NCBI GenBank assembly: GCA_038214755.1 | Contig: JBBQRQ010000006.1 | Span: 26,142 to 90,141, forward strand | Direction of reading: 5' to 3' | DNA length: 64,000 nt | From: Verrucomicrobiota bacterium | Lineage (GTDB): Bacteria > Verrucomicrobiota > Verrucomicrobiia > Limisphaerales > CANJXF01 | Part shown: one piece after another, positions 20,301-26,281 of the stretch | Numbering within the stretch: position 1 is the first letter of the stretch | How the letters are laid out: the number at the start of each line of letters is the position of its first letter | Made by a program: the position numbers and the translations under genes | Notes under the pieces: model-generated | The model's input: the letters and a program-made list of their open reading frames with translations, nothing else | What the model was told of the DNA's origin: nothing | Database searches by the model: none

Positions 20301-20689
20301 ATGTTCGAATCTTCAAAGGGTTTAAAGACAAAGATGGCGAAATTTTAGAAAAAAGTCTCATTGAACGCAACGGCGGGAAGATGCCGCGCATTTTGCGAAA
20401 TGGCCAAATGGTTCAAATCATCGGCGGAACTTATAAGGGAGCTTGGAAAATTACTTCCATTAAGAACCAAAAGACCGGAATCAAATTAAACCTGGCACAA
20501 CCAGACACGGTGAACACTGAAGAAGAAGTGCTGGATTCAGAAAGTGGAAAGAAGATACGGAAAGTGCGGCCCGAATGCAGACACGAAGCGAGCCTTGCGT
20601 CAATAGTCAGCGGCGGGCTTGAGATTCTCGCACTACCCTTGACGGGCTTTCGTATTCAGCGGACTGAAACCAAAAAGCCTAAACGGTAA
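17318..20689 (+). CDS. cas9: Type II-C CRISPR endonuclease Cas9 (1123 aa)
   Basis: RuvC-I AFDVGHSSIGW, Arg-rich bridge helix ARRGYRRQRR, RuvC-II IEVNRD, HNH DKDHIIP...INKWKGNRT, RuvC-III HHALDA; followed by cas1-cas2 with no csn2 or cas4. Confidence 0.98.
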   Translation: MSAKQKISLATNPADLQLAFDVGHSSIGWGVLQAAGRESSQAKLSPALSINILGCGAVTYRADDCLASARRGYRRQRRHIRSTRQRIARMKILLKHLGTLSEKELNAPGCAWPWLLASQVLSKGKLLTWPELWDVLRWYSHNRGYDGNRRWSAVEVEAQKEDSEKEENARTLMGKHGTQSMAETFCKELGVDLSGKKKSSMKRFKGLNAAFPREIVEGEVQKILRAHFGKLKDVDVNLEKVLFTDWRAVLCSDLKLPNRYQGGLLFGQLVPRFDNRIISICPISGGKVPSRNCPEFLNFRWAMQLANVQVARFGEQKLSCLTAKERVELDKQMRAVGSMTAEQFKKAVRATTSAIRDNLDTMLMHPDAKEALLLDPIQKLVCSDDLESFWILLPVRLQKRLRGQCRRGKVFSLSQIRAQLESLGDVSGFDMELQSQLDARNTKGKKKDKQVTQEELLQRHFPSKPIRLDGRAAFARHLLKQAYQEVLAGKHPKEEGGCLFITEEIRQKQMNREIAEQTNNHLVRHRLLILERLLGDIIKEYATGDKKRIGKITIEVNRDLREMSGKTAKAKAQDLGLRIANHHAVTEKLEKAFDGQRFNGKPIRIGYGLIKMGRVAEDLGWLCPYTGQRFEPIDLVSRRVDKDHIIPRSSRPSDSLDSLVITYSAINKWKGNRTAWQFVEQEQGKPIPDLPNLSVMTLTRFKQFVEGLETYKGHDDDKRRKKRRKDLMLLPKYEEKEFVPRDLTQTSQLVRLGAQVLKRAFADCKEKPIVVSLPGSVTGAVRKSWKVLGCLALANPQVLDENGEVKNKTDIREITHLHHALDACVLGLASHFIPNNGRVWELIVRRNLRDEEQKELMPLGVFGFGVEKRFGLRDLDDKLKEQICQRLAEKRVVQHIPARMDGLHVEQNTWGVVAKNQDGTVLLRQRIRQADGSRKKKEVPEKKIKLLGFAPSKGVGKLATNKGVLVIPDNYGVAILDHAKDEKDRFVIIPWHMVYVRIFKGFKDKDGEILEKSLIERNGGKMPRILRNGQMVQIIGGTYKGAWKITSIKNQKTGIKLNLAQPDTVNTEEEVLDSESGKKIRKVRPECRHEASLASIVSGGLEILALPLTGFRIQRTETKKPKR

Positions 20690-20699
20690 CACTACCGTT

Positions 20700-20845
20700 T
20701 AGGCGTGGAATCAAGGCTAAGCTGAAAATATCAGTTATGTTGATGTTCATAACATGAATCTTCATTCACCAAAAAGACAACGCCGTGAAGGAGCGCTTTT
20801 AACGGCGCTCACCCCACGGCGAAGCTATCAAAGCAAGACCTTTTA
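20700..20845 (+). ncRNA. tracrRNA (ends approximate)
   Basis: Anti-repeat TGGAATCAAGGCTAAGC (20706-20722, 16/17 complementary to the crRNA repeat), followed by hairpins at 20721-20735, 20734-20753, 20755-20768 and 20781-20821, and TTTT at 20841-20844. Confidence 0.88.
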
Positions 20846-21058
20846 CTCGAATCGCCGAGAACTTCGACGCAAACTGACGTTGATAAAAACCGAATTTGTT
20901 ATTTCACCGCCAGTTGTTTGGTTCGTTTCCGAACACATGAACGTAGCGAATATTTTCATAGCCTCGCCAAGACAGGACACTGATACGCCTACAGACACAC
21001 AACGACAAGAAAATATTTGATATGAAATTGTGGATACATTTTTTTACACAAAACTGGC

Positions 21059-21979
21059 ATGTCCTACCATATCGTCAGCATAGACTCGCCGCAATGTTCG
21101 CTTAGTTGCAAAGACGGCCAGTTGACCTGCAAAGTCCCCGGCGAAAAGGACAAGTCCTTGCCGCTGGAAGATGTGGCATCAATTATTATCACCAGCTTCT
21201 CGGCAAATATTCATAGCCATCTCTTTCTCGAAGCCGCCAAACATGGCGTCGCCTTGATCATTTGCGAATCGTTCAAACCGGTCAGTCTCGTGCTTCCAGC
21301 GAATCGTTCCACTGATACGTTGCTCACTCGCGCCGTACTAAAACTGTCGCCGAAAACACGGCTGCAACTTTGGCAAAAAACCATTGACGCGAAATGCCAG
21401 AATCAATTATCGCTCGCCGAACACATCGCGCCCAATGACGAACGATTGGAAGGAATGCGCAAAACCGCCTTCGGAAAAAAGCCACACAAAGAAGCCATCT
21501 GCGCGAAAATATTCTGGCAAATTCTTGGACGCGTTCTTGATGAAGATGAGTTTGTCCGGGAACGTGCCGCAGGTGGTTTGAATAATTTGTTGAACTACGG
21601 ATACGCCGTTTTGCTTTCAACGGTTCTGCAAAAATTATTCGGTGTCGGACTCGATCCAACCTTCGGCCTCTCGCATGTCGCGCGCGAACGCAGCACACCG
21701 TTGGCTTACGATTTGATGGAGCCGTTTCGTCCGTGCGTCGATTGGCGCGTCATTCAATGGGTGAGAAAACATCCCGAAAATAAAGAATGGGAAGTGACGA
21801 AGGAATTTCGCGGCTGGGTAACGGGTTTTCCATTGGAGCGCATTGACTATCTCGATTTCACTTTGGAAATCCAAGGCTGCATCGAAGGGGTAATTCGCGG
21901 CTTCCGTCGCTCCGTCATGGAAAACCACGCGCGGAATTATAAACCATGGACACCGAGAAATTCAAAATGGGTTGGCTGA
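21059..21979 (+). CDS. cas1: Type II CRISPR-associated integrase Cas1
   Basis: LPLEDVASII, NNLLNYGYAVL, GLDPTFGLSH, LAYDLMEPFRPCVD. Confidence 0.97.
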   Translation: MSYHIVSIDSPQCSLSCKDGQLTCKVPGEKDKSLPLEDVASIIITSFSANIHSHLFLEAAKHGVALIICESFKPVSLVLPANRSTDTLLTRAVLKLSPKTRLQLWQKTIDAKCQNQLSLAEHIAPNDERLEGMRKTAFGKKPHKEAICAKIFWQILGRVLDEDEFVRERAAGGLNNLLNYGYAVLLSTVLQKLFGVGLDPTFGLSHVARERSTPLAYDLMEPFRPCVDWRVIQWVRKHPENKEWEVTKEFRGWVTGFPLERIDYLDFTLEIQGCIEGVIRGFRRSVMENHARNYKPWTPRNSKWVG

Positions 21980-22281
21980 TTGTTGCATTTGATTTGCCGG
22001 TCGTTGAAAAAAAACAGCGCAAGCGCGCGACTGATTTTCGCAACTTTCTTCTCGATGACGGCTATCAGATGATGCAATTCAGCGTTTATGCGCGAGCCTG
22101 TGTTTCGTTCGCGCGACAGGAAACTCACATCGAACGACTCAAGAAAAATCTACCGCCCGAAGGAAGCGTGCGCGCCATTTTCGTTACCCGCGCCCAATGG
22201 GAGCGCTCGCACGTAATACAGGGTTCTCCTGCTTCTGAAGTAAAAGCGGAAGATTTGCCAGAACAAATTCAGCTCTGGTAG
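21946..22281 (+). CDS. cas2: CRISPR-associated Cas2
   Basis: WLIVAFDLPV, FRNFLLDDGYQMMQFSVYAR, LPPEGSVR. Confidence 0.97.
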   Translation: MDTEKFKMGWLIVAFDLPVVEKKQRKRATDFRNFLLDDGYQMMQFSVYARACVSFARQETHIERLKKNLPPEGSVRAIFVTRAQWERSHVIQGSPASEVKAEDLPEQIQLW

Positions 22282-22294
22282 CTGTCCCTCGCGT

Positions 22295-22344
22295 GGCCTG
22301 CTTGCCCCGACTTTCCTCCGAAGGAAAATCGGCTCAAGCAGGCC
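22295..22344. terminator. Long stem-loop between cas2 and the array (convergent-transcript junction)
   Basis: GGCCTGCTTG...CAAGCAGGCC outer stem enclosing CCGA-C-TTTCCT / AGGAAA-A-TCGG. Confidence 0.55.
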
Positions 22345-22387
22345 GTTTACGCCTAAGGCATTTGCTTTGCCCGGTTTGCGCTTCGCG

Positions 22388-22687
22388 AGTCTGCGCCCCC
22401 CGGAATTGGAATCAAGGCAAAGCTACGCCCAGCACCATGAGGGTGCGTTCCTTAGTCTGCGCCCCCCGGAATTGGAATCAAGGCAAAGCTGCGTGAGAGT
22501 GTCCCCGCTAGCGCGCAAAAGTCTGCGCCCCCCGGAATTGGAATCAAGGCAAAGCTGCAGGTTAGAAAATAAAATTCCGGTGTTTAGTCTGCGCCCCCCG
22601 GAATTGGAATCAAGGCAAAGCGAGTCTGGACGGGCTCTCTGCCTAGTAAACAGTCTGCGCCCCCCGGAATTGGAATCAAGGCAAAGC
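22388..22687 (-). CRISPR. CRISPR array: 5 identical 36-bp repeats, 4 spacers of 30 bp
   Basis: Plus-strand repeat AGTCTGCGCCCCCCGGAATTGGAATCAAGGCAAAGC at 22388, 22454, 22520, 22586, 22652; minus-strand transcription inferred from complementarity to the plus-strand tracrRNA. Confidence 0.98.
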
Positions 22688-22793
22688 TAAAACCATCGGC
22701 GGGCGAGTCGCTGCAATATCGGGTTCAAGAAATCCTTCATTCCAAAATCAACCCTTCATTTAATCGGCAGCGACTCGCCCGCCGATGGTTTTA
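22688..22793. repeat. Perfect 27-bp inverted repeat abutting the array
   Basis: TAAAACCATCGGCGGGCGAGTCGCTGC (22688-22714) and its exact reverse complement (22767-22793). Confidence 0.95.
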
Positions 22794-22847
22794 AATTCTC
22801 CTCGCCTACAGCAGGTAGCGGATTAAGCAATACGCATTCACACTAAG

Positions 22848-23066
22848 TTAACGAAAGTCATCCGCGTTCAAGCCGCTGCCGCGCACAATGTTTTTCAATG
22901 TGCCAATGGGAATCGGTTTGCTGCCGTGCATTGGAACGATGACCTGTCGGCCATCTGGATGACGCCACTTTTGATGACTGCCACGTTGGTCGAGAAAAAT
23001 GAATCCATGACGACGAAGAACACGAACGACATCGTGCGCGTTGCACACCGGAAAATGCTGGCTCAC
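22848..23066 (-). CDS. hicA: HicA-family toxin
   Basis: LRRHGF...QRGSHQKWRHPDGRQVIVPMH...IPIGTLKNI; GTG start overlapping the hicB stop. Confidence 0.92.
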   Translation of the reverse strand: MSQHFPVCNAHDVVRVLRRHGFIFLDQRGSHQKWRHPDGRQVIVPMHGSKPIPIGTLKNIVRGSGLNADDFR

Positions 23067-23266
23067 GGCAGGACCACTTCCATCAGCTTGGCGCCTTCGC
23101 GCAACTCCACTGGCGACGGCGCGAACCATAGCGCCAATGCTTCCTTCGCATTGACCACGGATTCATCTTCCGTGTCGCCGGCCGATCCGCAGCCGGGGAG
23201 TTCGGGAAAAATCGCTGACCACCGTTTGGTGGTGGGATCGAACTCAATCAGCAATCGAAATTTCAT
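23063..23266 (-). CDS. hicB: Short HicB-family antitoxin (no DNA-binding domain)
   Basis: WSAIFPELPGCGSAGDTEDE...NAKEALALW. Confidence 0.9.
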   Translation of the reverse strand: MKFRLLIEFDPTTKRWSAIFPELPGCGSAGDTEDESVVNAKEALALWFAPSPVELREGAKLMEVVLP

Positions 23267-23365
23267 GCGACGCACCGTAATCGAAAACATTTTTATCGGC
23301 AAGCAAGTAGCTGCGGCATTGCGCAGCTACGCCATTGCGCAGGTGCCGGCGAAAAGTTTTGCGGC

Positions 23366-23393
23366 TTGAAGGGCGGGATTCTTATCATACAAT
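23366..23393 (+). promoter_or_regulatory. Putative promoter of the antitoxin-VapC operon (likely leaderless)
   Basis: TTGAAG-16 nt-TACAAT, 6 nt before the GTG start. Confidence 0.5.
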
Positions 23394-23399
23394 TGAAGC

Positions 23400-23657
23400 G
23401 TGGAAACTGTAATGACCGTCACAGATTTGGTGAGGGACACCTGCAAGGCCGCGACTCGCATGGTGCAGCGCGGCGATAAAATCACGATCAAGAGCGGGGA
23501 CCGAACCCTGTTCAAAGTGGTTCCCGCCGAAAACTACGAGGTGAAGATGACGCCCAGGCAATACAAGGCGTTCGTCAAAAGCATCGACGGGATGGCCAAA
23601 GGGTTTGATCCCGACAAAAGCCCGATCATTCAAATGCGCCTCCGGAGACGCCTGTGA
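23400..23657 (+). CDS. Phd/YefM-like antitoxin
   Basis: MTVTDLVRD...VQRGDKITIK; overlaps the PIN gene (GTGA). Confidence 0.7.
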   Translation: METVMTVTDLVRDTCKAATRMVQRGDKITIKSGDRTLFKVVPAENYEVKMTPRQYKAFVKSIDGMAKGFDPDKSPIIQMRLRRRL

Positions 23658-24094
23658 TTGTTTTTGCCGACACCAGTTTTCTTTATAGCAGCTATTTCCC
23701 GGACCAGTCGCGTCATGCAGATGCCGCCCGCCGTTTTTGGAAGCAGGGCGTTTCCATCAGCGTTAGTCCCGCCGTCGTGTTGGAGCTTCGGTTGGGAGCC
23801 ATCTACGACGCTAAAAACGAAACCGGGTGGGAATTATTTCTGCGCGACAAGCAGGCAAAAAAAATAAACGAGATTTCCGTGGAATGGGAAAAGCTTTTTT
23901 ACCGCTTCGAGCCAATCGCGCTGCAGCATCCTTCCAAACGGGTGGGACTGGCCGATGGCTTGCATGTTTTGGCCGCACTCCAGTCGGGGGCCACCCATTT
24001 TCTGAGTTTTGATTTTCGTTCTGGCCAGCGCGCCATTGCCCGCGCCGTGGGACTGACCGTCCTGCCCGAGCGCATGGCCGGCGAGTTCAACTAG
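23654..24094 (+). CDS. vapC: PIN-domain VapC-like toxin
   Basis: VFADTSFL, LADGLHVLAA, FLSFD..QRAIARAVGL. Confidence 0.85.
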   Translation: MIVFADTSFLYSSYFPDQSRHADAARRFWKQGVSISVSPAVVLELRLGAIYDAKNETGWELFLRDKQAKKINEISVEWEKLFYRFEPIALQHPSKRVGLADGLHVLAALQSGATHFLSFDFRSGQRAIARAVGLTVLPERMAGEFN

Positions 24095-24247
24095 CTCAAA
24101 AATATTTTCCGAAAAGCCGAGAACGCCGAGGGCGAATCTGTCTTTGTGCAAATGTTCCCGGAGTGAAATCGCCGTCACCGCGAGTTCAGAAATCTTGAGG
24201 CGGCTTAAAGCAATAACCGTAAATTTTTCCCGCATCATGCGAACGGC

Positions 24248-24982
24248 TTAATTCCAACCCATGATTTTCAAAACCTCCGCGCGCCAAGTCGCGTAGGCCT
24301 TCTGGTTTAAATGCAAACCGTCCGCCGTCAATTCCTCTTTCAACTCGCCTTGATCGTCCACCATGAATTTGTGCAGGTCGATATAGTCGTAGCCAAATTC
24401 TGCGGCGAGTTTTCGCAAGCGTTCATTAAATTCACGAACCGGCGCGTTGTGTTTGGCATAGTTTCCCCGCGTGGGAAGAACCGACTGAACATGAACCCGC
24501 ACGGCGGGAGCCGTCTCATGAATGCGTTTTAAAATTTCGCGATAACCTTGTTCCATGACATCAACGCTGCGGCCCGAACCGAGGTCGTTGATACCGATCA
24601 ATAAAAACACATCCGTCGCAGCGCACTCGAACACGGAGTTATCCAGTCGCCGCAAAACACCGCGCGCATCGTTCGTCGCGAGGGCATTGCCGATGACATC
24701 CCCACCGATGCCGCGATTGAGAACTCGTCGGCCACCGAAATGTTTACTCACATCGAACCCTTCCGTGATGCTGTCGCCCAACAAAACAACATTTCGCCAG
24801 GCGAGGTTCTGCTCTTTGAACGCGCGAACCCGAGTGTCGTAGTGCATCCGAAACAAGGCGCCGAGATCGACTGGCTTGTCCGATTTAGCCGGTGAATTGG
24901 TTTGAACAGGCGAGTTAGTCTGCTCTGCCGCAGTGACAAAAAAAGTGACAATCAAAAACACGAACGAGATGAAAAATTTCAT
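24248..24982 (-). CDS. SGNH/GDSL hydrolase
   Basis: LGDSITE, NRGIGGD, IGIND, DGLH. Confidence 0.92.
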   Translation of the reverse strand: MKFFISFVFLIVTFFVTAAEQTNSPVQTNSPAKSDKPVDLGALFRMHYDTRVRAFKEQNLAWRNVVLLGDSITEGFDVSKHFGGRRVLNRGIGGDVIGNALATNDARGVLRRLDNSVFECAATDVFLLIGINDLGSGRSVDVMEQGYREILKRIHETAPAVRVHVQSVLPTRGNYAKHNAPVREFNERLRKLAAEFGYDYIDLHKFMVDDQGELKEELTADGLHLNQKAYATWRAEVLKIMGWN

Positions 24983-25124
24983 AGAAACGAAACTACTAAA
25001 ATCCGTGCGGCAAGGTTATCTATTTTTGAAGCACCAAAATAGCCGGGGGCAAAAGATTTTTCAGGGTTGCTCTGAACACCGCAACCTTGCGCCCGCCCGG
25101 CGGCCCCGTTATTTTTTGCTCAAT

Positions 25125-25201
25125 GCGCCCGTAGCTCAGTTGGATAGAGCATCTGCCTTCTAAGCAGAGGGTCGCGCGTTCGAGTCGCGCCGGGCGCACC
25201 A
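25125..25201 (+). tRNA. tRNA-Arg(TCT)
   Basis: GCGCCCGTAGCTCAGTTGGATAGAGC, anticodon arm TCTGC-CTTCTAA-GCAGA, GTTCGAGTC T-loop, encoded CCA. Confidence 0.97.
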
Positions 25202-25252
25202 CTTCCACACTTGGCATTTACGACTGACGATTTTGGATTTACGATTTTCTCC

Positions 25253-26140
25253 GTGCTTTCTCTCGAATATCTCGCCGCCCTTCTTGAAAAAAATTGCGAT
25301 GCCGTTTCGGCGCGAGTGAAAGAATTTTCCATTGGCGAAAAACAATTTGATTTCAACGCGCAACCTTTTCTCATGGGCGTCATCAATCTCTCGCCCGACT
25401 CGTGGTATCGCGAAAGCGTTTGTCTCTCCACCGATGGCGCCATTCAGCGAGGTACAATTCTTTCTGCACAAGGAGCAGCCATTATTGATGTTGGAGCGGA
25501 ATCTTCTTTGTCAAATGCCGGTCGCGTTGATGCCGCAGCACAAACCAGCCGGCTCATTCCGGTGATCCACGGTTTGCGTCACGAAAATATTTTAGTGTCG
25601 GTTGAAACCTACGAGCCGTCGGTTGCCAAAACTTGTTTGGAAGCAGGCGCGAACGTGTTGAATCTCACCGGGACAAAATCCAGCGATGAAATTTTTCGCA
25701 TGGCTGCCGCGAATTCTGCTGCGGTAATAATTTGTTTTGTGCAGGGGCCAAACGTCCGCGAAGTCAGCGAGTTCGACATGAGCGCTGATCCGATTGCCAT
25801 GATGTCGGAATTTTTCTCGCGTCACATTGAAGCAGCGACGCACCTCGGCGTGGAGAAAATTTTCATCGATCCCGGTCTCGGCTTTTACTACCGGAATCTG
25901 CAAGACAGCGCGGTGCGGGTGCGCCACCAAATGAATATTTTTCTGAACACGTTTCGGCTGCGCGCGCTCGGTTTTCCCGTCTGCCACGCGTTACCGCACG
26001 CGTTTGAATTTTTCGGCGAGGAGGTTCGCATCGCTGAACCTTTCTTCGCTGTTCTCGCCGCGTTGGGAAAAACCGACTTATTCCGCACCCACGAAATTGC
26101 TCGAACCAAGGCTGTGCTGGAAACGTTGAAAATTTTCTAA
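25253..26140 (+). CDS. Dihydropteroate-synthase-like pterin-binding protein (divergent)
   Basis: MGVINLSPDS, IIDVGAES, IDPGLGF, FRTHE; GTG at 25253 preferred because the upstream in-frame part is tandem repeat. Confidence 0.8.
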   Translation: MLSLEYLAALLEKNCDAVSARVKEFSIGEKQFDFNAQPFLMGVINLSPDSWYRESVCLSTDGAIQRGTILSAQGAAIIDVGAESSLSNAGRVDAAAQTSRLIPVIHGLRHENILVSVETYEPSVAKTCLEAGANVLNLTGTKSSDEIFRMAAANSAAVIICFVQGPNVREVSEFDMSADPIAMMSEFFSRHIEAATHLGVEKIFIDPGLGFYYRNLQDSAVRVRHQMNIFLNTFRLRALGFPVCHALPHAFEFFGEEVRIAEPFFAVLAALGKTDLFRTHEIARTKAVLETLKIF

Positions 26141-26156
26141 GCTCCTATTGGAAAAA

Positions 26157-26253
26157 GTGGGGCAGGCAGTCTGCCTGCCTGCCGGGCTTCCAGCCTGCGA
26201 AATTCCAAACTCGGGCAAGATGCCCACAGTGGCAGGCTGGAAGCGTGCCCCAC
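26157..26253. repeat. REP-like element (GTGGGGCAGGC...GCCCCAC family)
   Basis: Related copy at 27555-27645. Confidence 0.7.
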
Positions 26254-26281
26254 TATTATGCCCGGTGATTTTAACCCGGCG

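Noticed and set aside
17318..20689. Catalytically dead Cas9 or CRISPR-associated transposon
   Set aside because: RuvC D/E/H/D and HNH residues are present; there are no tns or transposase genes.
20754..21020. 88-aa plus-strand ORF between cas9 and cas1 as an accessory cas gene
   Set aside because: It overlaps the tracrRNA hairpins and has no recognisable motif or RBS.
22556..22585. Spacer 3 similarity to REP sequence (TGCAGGTT) suggesting self-targeting
   Set aside because: Only about 8 nt; no spacer had an extended match in the window by eye.
22293..22690. ORFs 22293-22496 and 22367-22690 with repeated peptides
   Set aside because: They are translations of the 66-bp CRISPR period, not genes.
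25015..25022. GTTATCTA match to the 3' end of the orphan-repeat guide
   Set aside because: Only 8 nt; about two such hits are expected by chance in 64 kb on both strands.
25125..25201. tRNA-Arg as integration site for the CRISPR/TA region
   Set aside because: No integrase and no duplicated tRNA 3' end were found.
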